DNA of 64,000 nucleotides from Gammaproteobacteria bacterium (GCA_021773835.1 JAJFJQ010000035.1:109781-173780); one strand, 5' to 3'; shown: positions 1-11,325, counted from the stretch's first letter. Translations and numbers: made by a program. The notes: generated by a model not told the origin, from the sequence alone.

Positions 1-1030
1 TTTTCAATACATCACATTGCGGACAATCTTAGGTGTACTTACGGCTTTGTTTATTGCGCTACTTGTCGGGCCGATTGTGATACGCCGTTTGAGTCATCTA
101 CAGATCGGTCAGAACGTGCGCAGTGATGGGCCCGAGAGTCACCTCTCGAAAGCTGGGACGCCAACCATGGGTGGCCTATTAATATTGGTTTCGATCGCAG
201 CGAGCACGATTTTGTGGGGCGACCTCGGAAATCGATTTATTTGGGTCGTACTTGTAACGACCGGACTATTCGGCGCAATCGGTTGGGTTGACGATTATCT
301 AAAGCTTACCCAAGGTAATTCAAAAGGCTTATCCGCTCTGCGTAAATACAGTTGGCAGTCGGCTGTTGCGTTAATCGCAGCCCTGTTCCTATTCCTTACC
401 GCAAAGACACCGGTCGAAACGGAATTAATCGTGCCATTTTTCAAAAACGTCGCGATTGATCTCGGGTGGTTTTATGTCGTGTTCACCTATTTCGTTGTCG
501 TCGGCACAAGTAACGCAGTTAATCTTACTGATGGGCTAGACGGCCTGGCAATCCTGCCCGCAGTGCTAGTCGCCGGCGCATTAATTGTATTCGCGTATGT
601 AACCGGCAACGTCAATTTTTCCAACTATTTGGCGGTGCCATACGTGGCTGGTGTCGGTGAACTGTGTGTTTTCTGCGGCTCCATTGTAGGCGCGGGTCTC
701 GGATTTCTGTGGTTCAACACATATCCCGCGCAAGTCTTTATGGGTGATATCGGTGCGCTTGCGCTTGGTGCTGCGCTAGGAATAGTTGCGGTGATGGTGC
801 GCCAAGAACTGGCCCTTGTAATTATGGGCGGCGTTTTTGTTGTCGAGACCGTATCGGTGATACTCCAGGTGCTATCTTTCAAAATGACTGGTCGCCGCAT
901 CTTTCGTATGGCGCCATTGCATCACCATTTCGAATTAAAAGGGTGGCCCGAGCCGCGGGTTATCGTCCGATTTTGGATCATCACAGTGATCCTTGTGCTC
1001 GTGGCCCTGGCCACGCTCAAGATCCGCTGA
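1..1030 (+). CDS. mraY: Phospho-N-acetylmuramoyl-pentapeptide transferase MraY (5' end outside window)
   Basis: ORF 17..1030 is open in frame to the window edge. Translation aligns to E. coli MraY from about residue 19 (GPESHxSKx[20 protein letters not shown], VFMGDx[14 protein letters not shown]). The start codon is upstream of position 1. Confidence 0.93.
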   Translation, partial: FQYITLRTILGVLTALFIALLVGPIVIRRLSHLQIGQNVRSDGPESHLSKAGTPTMGGLLILVSIAASTILWGDLGNRFIWVVLVTTGLFGAIGWVDDYLKLTQGNSKGLSALRKYSWQSAVALIAALFLFLTAKTPVETELIVPFFKNVAIDLGWFYVVFTYFVVVGTSNAVNLTDGLDGLAILPAVLVAGALIVFAYVTGNVNFSNYLAVPYVAGVGELCVFCGSIVGAGLGFLWFNTYPAQVFMGDIGALALGAALGIVAVMVRQELALVIMGGVFVVETVSVILQVLSFKMTGRRIFRMAPLHHHFELKGWPEPRVIVRFWIITVILVLVALATLKIR

Positions 1031-1067
1031 GTTGATGTTACTAACGGTAGACAGTGCATGCGGTCGG

Positions 1068-2414
1068 ATGACTACTAAGTCCATCAACTCACCTTATATC
1101 GTATTTGGTCTCGGTAAGACTGGATTGTCGTGCGCGCGCTTTCTGGCACAAATTGGTGAAAATTTTACAGTCATCGATACGCATGAGAATCCATCGGAGT
1201 TGGAAAATCTGAAAAAACTGATGCCGGATGCGGCTGTATTCACCGGCATTAGCTCATATACGCCGACTGACGCTTGCGAATATTTAGTGCTTAGCCCTGG
1301 GGTCGCTCGGTCACATCCGATAGTAGCCGATGCTCTACGCAGGGGTATCGAGGTTATCGGTGACATTGAGCTGTTTGCGCGCCACACCAATGCCCCGGTA
1401 GTAGCGATAACTGGTTCGAATGGAAAAAGTACTGTCGTAACGATGGTCAGTGAGATTTTAAGTGGTGCCAACCTTAAGGTGCGTACGGGCGGAAACCTTG
1501 GTACCCCGGCGCTCGACCTATTGTCCCCAGGGCAGCCCGATTATTTCGTCCTCGAGCTGTCTAGTTTTCAACTGGAATCGACGCAATCGTTGGCAGCTTC
1601 GGTGGCTTGCATTTTAAATGTCTCAGCGGACCACATGGATCGATATAAGGATTTCTCGAGCTACGTCGAAGCCAAGCAACGTATCTACAACAATGCGAAG
1701 TGTGTCGTGCTCAATGCGGACGATGAGATTTTGCGCGACCTTCGACCAGCATGCGAGGCGTACTTCATTTCCGAGCGCCCAGAAGAGGCGGCCGACTATT
1801 GGATCGACACCCACGATGGCACGGCATGGCTTGTGGCCGGCGGAGAAAGGTTTATGCGGGTCCGCGATCTAGCTGCTCGTGGTATCCACAACGCAATGAA
1901 TGCCCTCGCTGCCGTTGCGATCACGGACCGCATGGCCATCCCGCGATCGGTACAAAAGCGCGTGCTGGCGTCATTTTCCGGTCTTCCACATCGTTGCCAA
2001 ACAGTTGCAAGCCGCCACGGCGTTGAATGGATCAATGACTCTAAAGGAACAAACGTCGGTGCCACGAGCGCCGCGATACGGGGGGTGTTTTCTGAACGTC
2101 AAGGCGTGCTGATTGCGGGAGGTCGCGGTAAGGACGCAGACTTTAGTGTGCTTGCGGGAGACGTCGACGGACGTGTGCACTCTGTCATATTGATCGGCGA
2201 AGACGCAAAGGCAATCGCGGCTTCACTCGAAGGTCATACTAATATTCATTTCGCGTTAACTATGACAGCCGCAGTCCAGCTCGCGGCGATACTAGCGCAA
2301 CCAGGTCATGCAGTTTTATTGTCGCCAGCCTGTGCAAGTTTCGACATGTTTGAGGGTTTTGAAGCGCGTGGATACGCGTTTGCCGAAGCAGTTAAGGAGC
2401 TCGAATCTGCATGA
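1068..2414 (+). CDS. murD: UDP-N-acetylmuramoylalanine--D-glutamate ligase MurD
   Basis: ORF 993..2414. The internal ATG at 1068 (MTTKSINSPYIVFGLGKTGLS...) lies 37 nt after the mraY stop. Mur ligase motifs are present (GSNGKST, DHMDRY). The 4-nt ATGA overlap with ftsW is typical of dcw clusters. Confidence 0.9.
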   Translation: MTTKSINSPYIVFGLGKTGLSCARFLAQIGENFTVIDTHENPSELENLKKLMPDAAVFTGISSYTPTDACEYLVLSPGVARSHPIVADALRRGIEVIGDIELFARHTNAPVVAITGSNGKSTVVTMVSEILSGANLKVRTGGNLGTPALDLLSPGQPDYFVLELSSFQLESTQSLAASVACILNVSADHMDRYKDFSSYVEAKQRIYNNAKCVVLNADDEILRDLRPACEAYFISERPEEAADYWIDTHDGTAWLVAGGERFMRVRDLAARGIHNAMNALAAVAITDRMAIPRSVQKRVLASFSGLPHRCQTVASRHGVEWINDSKGTNVGATSAAIRGVFSERQGVLIAGGRGKDADFSVLAGDVDGRVHSVILIGEDAKAIAASLEGHTNIHFALTMTAAVQLAAILAQPGHAVLLSPACASFDMFEGFEARGYAFAEAVKELESA

Positions 2415-3589
2415 GCCAAGCGATTTCACGCCACGTTTTCGAGCAGCGCCCACATGCCGAAGGCTACGGTTATGACCTGTGGCTTATCGGGGTTGCGGGT
2501 ATTCTCGTTGGCATGGGACTGGTGATGGTGGCTTCGTCCTCGATACCAATCGCACACAAAAACGGTTACGTCGACTTGTATTATTTCTGGCGCCAGTTGG
2601 CTGCTCTGCTACTCGGTGTTGGAATTGGCGCCATTGTCCTCCAAGTACCACTTGCGATGTTTGAGAAGATCAGCACTTTGTTGTTGTTCCTCGGTGTCGC
2701 ATCCCTGGCGATAATTTTGCTCCCGGGCGTTGGGCGTGAAGTTAATGGGAGTATTCGTTGGTTTCAAATTGGGCCGATATCGGTACAAGCTTCGGAGCCC
2801 GTAAAGCTTGCGATTATCGTGTACATCTCGTCATATTTGGTGCGTCATCAAGCACAGGTACAAAGCGAGTTTATAGGTTTTATAAAACCAGTTGGCGTAT
2901 TAACAATTATCGCGGGCTTGTTGCTGCTGGAACCAGATTTCGGAGCGGCCGTCGTCATATTTGCCACAACCTTAGGGATGCTTTTTCTCGGACGTGTACC
3001 ACTACTACGCTTTGCCGCTTGGGGTATGGTTGCATTGGCGATATTAACATCACTCGCGATGTTGGCGCCGTATCGATTGCAACGGCTCATGACATTCCTT
3101 GATCCATGGTCTGACCCCTACGATACCGGATTCCAATTGACCCAAGCGTTGATTGCATTTGGACGTGGAGAATGGTTTGGCGTTGGTCTTGGCAATAGCG
3201 TACAAAAATTATTCTATTTACCCGAGGTCCACACGGATTTTCTATTTGCCGTGATCGGCGAAGAGCTTGGAATGGTCGGAACGATTACCGTTATTGGTCT
3301 TTTCTTATTTCTAATCTGGCGGATATTTTTTATTGGTAGTTTGGCGCAACGAGCCGGACAACATTTTGCGGCGTATCTTTCGTATGGGATCGGGCTACTG
3401 ATCGGCATCGAAGCGTTTATTAATATTGGCGTCAATATGGGGCTGCTGCCAACGAAGGGGCTAACGCTCCCATTGATGAGCTACGGTAGTAACAGCATGC
3501 TTATCATCTGCATTATGTTGGCGATGGTTCTGCGGGTTGCCAAGGAATCACGCGCAGCATCAGGACGTGGACGACCGGCTTATGACTAA
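2411..3589 (+). CDS. ftsW: Peptidoglycan glycosyltransferase / lipid II flippase-family protein FtsW
   Basis: 392 aa polytopic membrane protein of the SEDS family. Its position between murD and murG is diagnostic. Confidence 0.88.
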   Translation: MSQAISRHVFEQRPHAEGYGYDLWLIGVAGILVGMGLVMVASSSIPIAHKNGYVDLYYFWRQLAALLLGVGIGAIVLQVPLAMFEKISTLLLFLGVASLAIILLPGVGREVNGSIRWFQIGPISVQASEPVKLAIIVYISSYLVRHQAQVQSEFIGFIKPVGVLTIIAGLLLLEPDFGAAVVIFATTLGMLFLGRVPLLRFAAWGMVALAILTSLAMLAPYRLQRLMTFLDPWSDPYDTGFQLTQALIAFGRGEWFGVGLGNSVQKLFYLPEVHTDFLFAVIGEELGMVGTITVIGLFLFLIWRIFFIGSLAQRAGQHFAAYLSYGIGLLIGIEAFINIGVNMGLLPTKGLTLPLMSYGSNSMLIICIMLAMVLRVAKESRAASGRGRPAYD

Positions 3590-4664
3590 TTTAGGACGTC
3601 CAATCCTCATCGTCGCTGGCGGCACCGGTGGCCACATCTACCCCGCGCTGGCGGTCGCAGACCACCTAAAGAACTACGATGTGAGTACCGTGTGGTTGGG
3701 TTCTGAAAGCGGTCTTGAAACGCGAATAGTCCCCGAAGCAGGAATTCGATTGTACAAAATTGCGGTTTCTGGTTTGCGCGGACGTGGGTTTTGGCGCTGG
3801 TTGCTCGCACCCGTCACATTGGGCATCGCATTGCTCCAGGCCTTGATAGCAGTGATGCGGATACAACCGATGCTAGTCCTCGGAATGGGCGGGTTTGCTA
3901 GTGGCCCTGGCGGTGTCGCGGCCTGGATATGCCGTAAGCCCCTGGTGATCCATGAGCAAAACGCGGTCCCAGGGTTAACGAATTCGATACTAAGCCACCT
4001 TGCCACGAAAGTCCTGCAGGGTTTCCCGGACGCATTTCCGACCGAGCGCCGAGCGGTTACGGTGGGTAATCCGATCCGCGAATCGATCGTGGCCATCGTC
4101 CCACCGGAGGTGCGAGAGAGGGAATTCGATGGAATTAGGATCCTTGTTATTGGAGGTAGTAGAGGTGCTCGCGCACTTAACGTTGGCGTACCTAAAGCGC
4201 TCGATCATCTAAGCGGTCCAGCTGTAGAAATTTGGCACCAGGCCGGGTCAGGTAATGATCTGATGACGCAGCAGGCTTATGCGTCGGCCAAGGCATCGAT
4301 ACGGGTGACGGAATTTATCGACGATATGGCCGCAGCCTATAGTTGGGCAGATATAGTAATTTGTCGCGCAGGCGCAATCACCGTGGGCGAGTTGGCGGCA
4401 GTCGGGGTGGCTTCAGTGCTTGTGCCTTTCCCGTATGCGGTTGACGACCATCAAACCGCTAATGCTCGGTATTTGGTTGACTCAAACGCCGCGATGATAG
4501 TCGCGGAGGGCCCAGAGTTTGAACAACGTCTGGCGGCGGCGGTGCAAAAATATTTGGATGGGGACCCAGATCCTTTGAGTGTTGCTAAGCAGGCGCGCGC
4601 ACTTGCGAAGCCAGATGCCGCAGCAAATGTCGTTTCTCAGTGCATGGGTTTACTGGATGTATGA
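3582..4664 (+). CDS. murG: UDP-GlcNAc:lipid I N-acetylglucosaminyltransferase MurG
   Basis: ORF 3537..4664. ATG at 3582 (MTNLGRPILIVAGGTGGHIYPALAVA...) overlaps the ftsW stop by 8 nt. The N-terminal GGTGGH motif is classic for MurG (GT28). Confidence 0.9.
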   Translation: MTNLGRPILIVAGGTGGHIYPALAVADHLKNYDVSTVWLGSESGLETRIVPEAGIRLYKIAVSGLRGRGFWRWLLAPVTLGIALLQALIAVMRIQPMLVLGMGGFASGPGGVAAWICRKPLVIHEQNAVPGLTNSILSHLATKVLQGFPDAFPTERRAVTVGNPIRESIVAIVPPEVREREFDGIRILVIGGSRGARALNVGVPKALDHLSGPAVEIWHQAGSGNDLMTQQAYASAKASIRVTEFIDDMAAAYSWADIVICRAGAITVGELAAVGVASVLVPFPYAVDDHQTANARYLVDSNAAMIVAEGPEFEQRLAAAVQKYLDGDPDPLSVAKQARALAKPDAAANVVSQCMGLLDV

Positions 4665-4680
4665 GTCCGATGACTTACCA

Positions 4681-6105
4681 ATGCGGCACGTTCGACGGAT
4701 CCATTTCGTTGGCATTGGTGGTGCCGGCATGAGCGGAATCGCGGAGGTTTTCAACAATTTGGGCTATACGGTTTCAGGCTCCGATCGAAGTGGAAACCGG
4801 ATGACGGCCCACTTGGCCTCTATCGGTGTTTCAATCTTCGATAATCACAACCGCACGAACATTTCAGGCGCAGATATCGTTGTCTACTCAAGTGCCATTC
4901 CTGCGGATAACGTAGAACTAATCGCCGCTCATGAGCAGTTGATCCCGACCGTACCGAGGGCCGAAATGCTGGCCGAGCTGATGCGATTTAAGCGAGGTAT
5001 CGCGGTTGCAGGAACCCACGGGAAGACGACGACGACGAGCTTAATCGCCAGCATCTTAGCCGAAGGCGGAATGGACCCGACGTTTGTGATCGGCGGTCTC
5101 GTGCACGCCGTAAACTCCCATGCACGTCTGGGCACCGGAGATTTCCTGGTCGCCGAGGCCGACGAGAGCGACGCTTCGTTTCTATTGCTAAATCCGTTGA
5201 TCGCGGCCCTCACGAATATTGATGCCGACCACATGGAAACCTACGATGGGGATTTCGGCAAGCTGCGTGCAACGTTCGTCGAATTCTTTAAGCGACTCCC
5301 ATTTTATGGTGTTGCGGTGGTTTGTCTCGACGATCCGATTGTGCAGTCGCTGCTCCCTGAACTACGTACCAGGGTAGTGACATACGGAACGCACGAACAA
5401 GCCGATGTTCGAGGTTTAGATTTTCAACAAGAAGGTGCGACGTCGAGCTTCAAGGTTGCACGGCGTAATTCGTCGGAAAGTTTAACCATCAACCTAAACA
5501 TGCCGGGCGAGCATAATATGCTCAATTCGCTTGCCGCAATTGCAATCGCCTTTGAATTGCGAATTTCGCAAGCAGCAATATCCAAGGCCTTATCTTCATT
5601 TCAAGGGATTGGGCGTCGTTGTCAATGGATGGGTGAAACGCGGATCGGCGAAGCCTTAGTCGCTGTGATCGACGACTACGGTCACCACCCCAGTGAATTG
5701 CGGGTGACACTCAAGGCGGTAAGAACCGGGTGGCCCGACCGCAGGTTATTGGTTGTCTTCCAACCCCATCGCTATTCGCGAACCCGAGAGTTGTTTGAAG
5801 ATTTCGTCGAGGTATTAAACACCGTCGATGCGCTGGTAGTGTTGGAAGTCTATCCCGCAGGAGAAGACCCTATTCCCGGCGCCGATGGCAGGGCACTGTG
5901 CGGGGCCGTTAGACAACGTGGCAAGGTCAATCCGGTATTTGTTCAGGATCCCGCATCGTTAAACGACGTCTTGAAAGACATCGCGCAAACCGGAGACGTA
6001 TTGCTGCTCCTCGGCGCCGGCAGTATTGGACGTGTGGCGGAAGGTATGACATTCGAAGAACAACGCGGCGAGCCTGATCGTCCGGATGAGAGTCAGGCGA
6101 ATTGA
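4681..6105 (+). CDS. murC: UDP-N-acetylmuramate--L-alanine ligase MurC
   Basis: ORF 4579..6105. Conserved N-terminus MRHVRRIHFVGIGGAGMSGIAEV begins at ATG 4681. An alternative ATG at 4657 overlaps the murG stop. The GTHGKTTTT P-loop is present. Confidence 0.88.
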   Translation: MRHVRRIHFVGIGGAGMSGIAEVFNNLGYTVSGSDRSGNRMTAHLASIGVSIFDNHNRTNISGADIVVYSSAIPADNVELIAAHEQLIPTVPRAEMLAELMRFKRGIAVAGTHGKTTTTSLIASILAEGGMDPTFVIGGLVHAVNSHARLGTGDFLVAEADESDASFLLLNPLIAALTNIDADHMETYDGDFGKLRATFVEFFKRLPFYGVAVVCLDDPIVQSLLPELRTRVVTYGTHEQADVRGLDFQQEGATSSFKVARRNSSESLTINLNMPGEHNMLNSLAAIAIAFELRISQAAISKALSSFQGIGRRCQWMGETRIGEALVAVIDDYGHHPSELRVTLKAVRTGWPDRRLLVVFQPHRYSRTRELFEDFVEVLNTVDALVVLEVYPAGEDPIPGADGRALCGAVRQRGKVNPVFVQDPASLNDVLKDIAQTGDVLLLLGAGSIGRVAEGMTFEEQRGEPDRPDESQAN

Positions 6106-7025
6106 TGTCTTCAGAATTCGACATGCTGAAGGTTCGGGGAAGGTTTTCCCTAGAGGAGCCTATGTCTAAGCACTGCTCCTGGCGTACTGGTGGAATGGCG
6201 GAGCGCTATTTCGAGCCAGCCGATATCGATGACTTAATTTCATATTTTGAGCAGGTGGGTGAGGTCGAAACGATAACCTGGGTCGGCCTCGGCAGTAACG
6301 TATTAGTTCGTGATGGTGGCATCGCAGGGACTGTGATTTCTACCGCGAGAACGCTCAATAACTTCAGCTGGCTCGACGCCACGCGCCTGACTGTAGAATG
6401 CGGTACCCCATGTGCGAAAGTTGCAAAGGAGGCAGCAAGAATGGAACTCGGTGGTGGCGGGTTTCTCGCTGGCATACCAGGCACGATCGGCGGCGCATTG
6501 GCAATGAATGCAGGTGCTTTCGGTTCCGAGATGTGGATGTTAGTGGAGAGCGTCGAACTGATCCGACGCGATGGCGAAGTCAGTCGCCACGATCAATCCC
6601 ATTTCTCGCGGTCCTACCGGCAGGTTGATATTCCGGCCGATCACTGGTTCGTTACTGCGGTACTGCATTTTGAACCCACTGGCGCCGGCGACGGCGCCAG
6701 TGAGATCCGAGATCTCCTAGCCCAGCGAAGCGCGTCTCAGCCGACCGGTCGAGCGAGTTGTGGATCGGTGTTTAAGAATCCGCCAGGCGATTTTGCTGGC
6801 CGCTTGATCGACGAGGCCGGCCTTAAGGGTAGGCGCGCGGGGGGCTGCTACGTATCCAACAAACACGCCAATTTTATTATTAACGATAAGGACGCAAGCG
6901 CGGCGGATATCGAAGCATTGATTGCGGAAGTCCAACTGTCCGTGGCAAAGAAATTTGGCGTAATGCTGGAACCTGAGGTACGAATTATTGGGTGTCCACT
7001 ACAGCACGGAACCGTCGCAGGTTGA
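6105..7025 (+). CDS. murB: UDP-N-acetylenolpyruvoylglucosamine reductase MurB
   Basis: ORF 6102..7025. The ATG at 6105 overlaps the murC TGA (TGATG). FAD-binding-type MurB of about 300 aa, in conserved position before ddl. Confidence 0.85.
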   Translation: MSSEFDMLKVRGRFSLEEPMSKHCSWRTGGMAERYFEPADIDDLISYFEQVGEVETITWVGLGSNVLVRDGGIAGTVISTARTLNNFSWLDATRLTVECGTPCAKVAKEAARMELGGGGFLAGIPGTIGGALAMNAGAFGSEMWMLVESVELIRRDGEVSRHDQSHFSRSYRQVDIPADHWFVTAVLHFEPTGAGDGASEIRDLLAQRSASQPTGRASCGSVFKNPPGDFAGRLIDEAGLKGRRAGGCYVSNKHANFIINDKDASAADIEALIAEVQLSVAKKFGVMLEPEVRIIGCPLQHGTVAG

Positions 7026-7028
7026 CAG

Positions 7029-7982
7029 ATGGAAATCGCACAGCAGCCTTCGAATAACGAAATTGTGGCGGCGGCCGGTAGGGTTGCAGTACTCATGGGA
7101 GGCCATTCCGCCGAACGCGACATATCAATAAAAAGCGGACGCGCAGTTACCGAAGCGCTTGTGCGATCTGGGATTGATGCCAGCGAATTGGTATGGGATG
7201 GCGACCTGATGTCACAACTCGCAGACTGTAGCCCGGATCGCGTATTTATCGCATTGCATGGGCGAGGCGGGGAGGATGGCAGCGTACAGGGTACTTTTGA
7301 AGTAATGAACATGCCGTATACCGGCAGCGGCGTTTTGGGATGTGCGTTGTCCATGGACAAAGTCCGATCGAAGCAGGTGTGGGAAAGCGCTGGCGTGCCT
7401 ACACCACCGTTTTCAGTCTGTCTGCGCGGCGGTGAGGCGGAAATGCTTGCACAGGACATTCGATTTCCGGTCATGGTGAAACCGGCCCGGGAGGGTTCGA
7501 GTTTTGGTGCTTCGCGAGTGGGCGAGCGATCCGAGCTTGCTTCGGCAATCGAAAACTCACTTCGCTATGACGACGTCGCGCTCATCGAGAAATGGGTCAC
7601 GGGGGCAGAGTATACGCTGGGCATAGTCGCTGGTGATCCGCTCCCCATCATAAAACTTGAAACGCCGCATGAGTTTTATGATTTCGAAGCCAAGTACATA
7701 GCCGAAACGACGCGTTATATATGCCCATGTGGGTTATCCGACCCACAAGTGGACAGATGTACGAATTTAGGTTTGCTTGCATTCGAATCACTGGGTGCCA
7801 GTGGCTGGGGCAGAGTTGATTTCATGCTCGACGAACAAGGCGAGCCTTGGTTTATCGAGCTAAACACGGTGCCGGGAATGACCGATCACTCACTCGTACC
7901 AATGGCCGCTGAAGCGGTTGGCATGAGCTTTGACAAGTTGGTCCTAAAGATTCTTGGCACGAGCTTCCGTGGGGCGAGATGA
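7029..7982 (+). CDS. ddl: D-alanine--D-alanine ligase Ddl
   Basis: 317 aa ATP-grasp protein with Ddl signature blocks (IALHGRGGEDGSVQG, EKWVTGAEYT, FIELNTVPGMT). ATGA overlap with ftsQ. Confidence 0.9.
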   Translation: MEIAQQPSNNEIVAAAGRVAVLMGGHSAERDISIKSGRAVTEALVRSGIDASELVWDGDLMSQLADCSPDRVFIALHGRGGEDGSVQGTFEVMNMPYTGSGVLGCALSMDKVRSKQVWESAGVPTPPFSVCLRGGEAEMLAQDIRFPVMVKPAREGSSFGASRVGERSELASAIENSLRYDDVALIEKWVTGAEYTLGIVAGDPLPIIKLETPHEFYDFEAKYIAETTRYICPCGLSDPQVDRCTNLGLLAFESLGASGWGRVDFMLDEQGEPWFIELNTVPGMTDHSLVPMAAEAVGMSFDKLVLKILGTSFRGAR

Positions 7983-8752
7983 TGCGGTCACATCGGGAAA
8001 CAGCGCAAGCGCATCGAGTTCGAGAGGTCGAAGATTCACAACATCGACACCCATTATTATTGCTCGTCGGGACCTTGGCGTTTCTGATGTTCTTATACGG
8101 TGGCTTTTTGGCCCAGCAATTATTTGATCCGGAGGCGTTTCCGATCCGCAAGATAGCCGTCGATGGAGAGTTTCATCACCTAAGTGCGGCGCATATGCAA
8201 ACCATCGTTTCGAAGGCCGTACACGGCGGGTTCTTCGATGTCGACGTAGCTTCAGTGCGTGCCCATCTACTAGATGAACCGTGGGTTTCTGAAGCGACGG
8301 TGCGTCGGGTGTGGCCCGACACGATCCGTGTCAGCATTCGCGAGCAGGTTGCAGTCGCGCGATGGGGGGAATATGCACTGTTGAATCCAATCGCAGACAT
8401 TTTTGTACCCGAATCGCGCGCAACCCCCCCGGGCTTGGTTGCGCTCGACGGGCCGATCGGCACCGAAGGCGAGATATTGCAGCGCTACTACGCTATGCAG
8501 AAGGTTCTAGACGACATTGGATTACAGGTTCAGCGGATCCGTTTATCTGAGCGGCGGGCATGGATAGTCGATATTGAAAACGGAGCGACCTTGGTGATCG
8601 GGCGACATGCGGTCGACGAACGTCTTGGGCGTTTTAGCCGCGCTTTCGAGCACGTGTTGAAGGGTAATTGGAATCGGGTTGCCCTAGTTGATCTTAGGTA
8701 TACGAACGGATTTGCGATCCGTGAAAAATCGGAAGATATCGACAATGGCTAG
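7979..8752 (+). CDS. ftsQ: Cell division protein FtsQ
   Basis: 257 aa with a single N-terminal TM then a POTRA-like periplasmic domain. Conserved position between ddl and ftsA. Confidence 0.85.
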   Translation: MMRSHRETAQAHRVREVEDSQHRHPLLLLVGTLAFLMFLYGGFLAQQLFDPEAFPIRKIAVDGEFHHLSAAHMQTIVSKAVHGGFFDVDVASVRAHLLDEPWVSEATVRRVWPDTIRVSIREQVAVARWGEYALLNPIADIFVPESRATPPGLVALDGPIGTEGEILQRYYAMQKVLDDIGLQVQRIRLSERRAWIVDIENGATLVIGRHAVDERLGRFSRAFEHVLKGNWNRVALVDLRYTNGFAIREKSEDIDNG

Positions 8753-8785
8753 GCGATATAAGACGCGTCATCGGAGTTCTACCGA

Positions 8786-10018
8786 ATGGTAAGAAAGCCA
8801 GATAAAAATTTAATAGTTGGCCTCGATATCGGCACCTCGAAGGTTGTAGCGATAGTCGGAGAGGTTTCGCTAGAGGGCGAACTAGAGATTGTCGGTATTG
8901 GTTCGCATGCATCGCGAGGCTTAAAGAAGGGCGTAGTTGTCAATATCGAATCGACGGTGCAATCGATCCAACGCGCAGTAGAAGAAGCCGAATTGATGGC
9001 TGGATGCGAGATACATTCGGTCTATGCAGGAATTGCCGGCAGCCATATACGTAGTCTTAATTCACACGGGATCGTCGCCATCCGTGATGGTGAAGTAAAT
9101 TCAACTGATGTCGAGCGAGTGATTGACGCGGCCCGGGCAGTCGCTATTCCAGCGGATCAAAAGATTCTTCACATTTTGCCGCAAGAGTTCATCATTGATG
9201 GACAAGAGGGGATCCGAGAGCCGATCGGAATGTCCGGAGTTCGGCTAGAGGCGCGCGTACACATGGTCACAGGGGCCGTCAGTGCAGCGCAGAACATCGT
9301 CAAATGTGTGCGTCGATGTGGACTCGAAGTGGACGACGTGATCCTACAACAGCTTGCTTCGTCTCATTCGGTCCTAACCGAAGATGAAAAAGATCTTGGT
9401 GTTTGTTTATGTGACATCGGCGGCGGTACGACGGACATAGCAATTTTTGTCAACGGGGCAATTCATCATTCGGCCGTTATTCCGATCGCCGGCGACCAGG
9501 TAACGAATGACATCGCAGTAGCATTACGCACACCAACACATCACGCCGAGGACATCAAGATTAAATACGCGTGTGCACTAACTCAGCTAGCTAATCCCGA
9601 AGAAACAATTGAAGTTCCGAGCGTTGGTGACCGCCAGCCCCGCCGGCTTGTACGACAAACATTGGCTGAAGTAGTGGAGCCGAGGTACGAAGAGTTATTT
9701 AGCCTAGTGCACGCTGAATTGAAGCGTAGTGGATTCGAGGAGATGGTCGCTGCAGGTGTCGTTTTAACTGGTGGTGGGTCAAAAATGGAAGGGGCGATCG
9801 ATTTGGCCGAAGAAGTGTTTCATATGCCCGTTCGTTTAGGCACGCCTCAGTATATTGCGGGACTGGTGGATGTTGTTAGGAATCCGATCTACGCGACCGG
9901 AGTCGGTCTACTGCTATTTGGCAATCACGCCGGTGATTCGCTAGCAGCGCACAACAGGTTTGAGAACACAGGAAGTATGTGGGAGCGAATGAAAAATTGG
10001 TTTCATGGGAATTTCTGA
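8786..10018 (+). CDS. ftsA: Cell division protein FtsA
   Basis: 410 aa actin-like ATPase (LIVGLDIGTSKV..., DIGGGTTD). Located upstream of ftsZ. Confidence 0.93.
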   Translation: MVRKPDKNLIVGLDIGTSKVVAIVGEVSLEGELEIVGIGSHASRGLKKGVVVNIESTVQSIQRAVEEAELMAGCEIHSVYAGIAGSHIRSLNSHGIVAIRDGEVNSTDVERVIDAARAVAIPADQKILHILPQEFIIDGQEGIREPIGMSGVRLEARVHMVTGAVSAAQNIVKCVRRCGLEVDDVILQQLASSHSVLTEDEKDLGVCLCDIGGGTTDIAIFVNGAIHHSAVIPIAGDQVTNDIAVALRTPTHHAEDIKIKYACALTQLANPEETIEVPSVGDRQPRRLVRQTLAEVVEPRYEELFSLVHAELKRSGFEEMVAAGVVLTGGGSKMEGAIDLAEEVFHMPVRLGTPQYIAGLVDVVRNPIYATGVGLLLFGNHAGDSLAAHNRFENTGSMWERMKNWFHGNF

Positions 10019-10182
10019 GGTCGAGCGTAATGTCAACGTACTCGAACTTTAACGATAAAGAGATAATGCCGAGATTAAGCACTAATATGCTCACTCTGGG
10101 CGTCGAAAATGCTGGATTAATTCACAATTACCATAATGGAATACGCGGAAATTGCGTAGTACGCTAATGCGGAGGGGCTAAC

Positions 10183-11325
10183 ATGTTTGAACTTGTCGAT
10201 GCCTACAGCCAAAGCGCTGTAATAAAAGTGATCGGGGTTGGCGGCGGTGGCGGCAACGCCGTACAACATATGCTGGGGGCGGCAATAGAGGGGGTCGATT
10301 TCGTTTGTGCGAATACCGACTCCCAGGCCTTAAAGAATTCCTCCGCGAAAACGGCACTACAACTAGGTAGTGATATCACCAAGGGTTTAGGGGCCGGCGC
10401 AAATCCAGAAATCGGTCGTCAGTCGGCACTTGAAGACCGAGATCGAATTAGCGATGTTCTTGAAGGGTCGGATATGGTCTTCATCACCGCGGGTATGGGT
10501 GGCGGAACCGGTACCGGGGGTGCGCCAGTCGTTGCCCAAATCGCCAAGGAAATGGGGATATTGACGGTTGCAGTTGTCACAAAGCCATTTCCGTTTGAGG
10601 GTCGCAAGCGAAGTGAAATTGCGAACGACGGGATCAAAGAATTGAGTCAATTCGTAGATTCATTGATAACGATTCCGAACGAAAAATTGTTAAGCGTTCT
10701 GGGTCGTGACATCAGTTTGTTAGACGCGTTTAAAGCAGCAAACGATGTTCTTCTCGGCGCGGTCCAGGGAATCGCGGAACTCATTACCTGTCCGGGATTA
10801 ATTAATGTCGATTTTGCCGATGTTCGAACCGTGATGTCGGAAATGGGTATGGCGATGATGGGGTCGGGCAGCGGTCGTGGTTCCGACCGCGCAAGGCAGG
10901 CGGCAGAAGCCGCGATCTCGAGTCCCCTGCTCGAAGACATCAATTTGTCTGGCGCAAAGGGTATCTTGGTGAATATTACGTCCGGCCTAGATTTGACAAT
11001 GGGTGAATTTGAAGAAGTCGGTAATACGGTTAAAGGGTTCGCGTCGGATAATGCGACGGTCGTTGTCGGAACAGTCATCGATCAAAACATGGACGATCAG
11101 GTTAGAGTAACGGTCGTTGCCACCGGCATCGGCTGCGATACCCGTGTTCGGGAGGACAGCCCCTTACTCGCCTCGAAACCGCCAGAACCGGAACTCGATT
11201 ATAAGGTCCTCGAGCGTCCAACAGTCATCAGAAACCAACCGGAGTCAGCGGAAGTGGCCGATGAAAAAATGGCCGACCCTGACTATCTCGATATTCCGGC
11301 GTTTCTTCGCAGGCAGGCGGATTGA
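10183..11325 (+). CDS. ftsZ: Cell division GTPase FtsZ
   Basis: 380 aa with the tubulin signature GGGTGTG ([16 protein letters not shown]), the [13 protein letters not shown]-terminus and a C-terminal DIPAFLRRQ tail. Confidence 0.96.
   Translation: MFELVDAYSQSAVIKVIGVGGGGGNAVQHMLGAAIEGVDFVCANTDSQALKNSSAKTALQLGSDITKGLGAGANPEIGRQSALEDRDRISDVLEGSDMVFITAGMGGGTGTGGAPVVAQIAKEMGILTVAVVTKPFPFEGRKRSEIANDGIKELSQFVDSLITIPNEKLLSVLGRDISLLDAFKAANDVLLGAVQGIAELITCPGLINVDFADVRTVMSEMGMAMMGSGSGRGSDRARQAAEAAISSPLLEDINLSGAKGILVNITSGLDLTMGEFEEVGNTVKGFASDNATVVVGTVIDQNMDDQVRVTVVATGIGCDTRVREDSPLLASKPPEPELDYKVLERPTVIRNQPESAEVADEKMADPDYLDIPAFLRRQAD

Noticed and set aside
6848-7474. 208-aa minus-strand ORF across the murB/ddl junction.
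   Set aside because: Antisense to conserved dcw genes, Ser/Ala/Thr-rich, no motifs. The dcw cluster is a single co-oriented operon.
8424-8430. C7 homopolymer in ftsQ, and G7 runs at 46694-46700 and 58380-58386, considered as phase-variation tracts.
   Set aside because: A run of the same length sits in an essential division gene, so runs of 7 appear to be background for this genome. Only the tract in the acetyltransferase is kept as a low-interest note.
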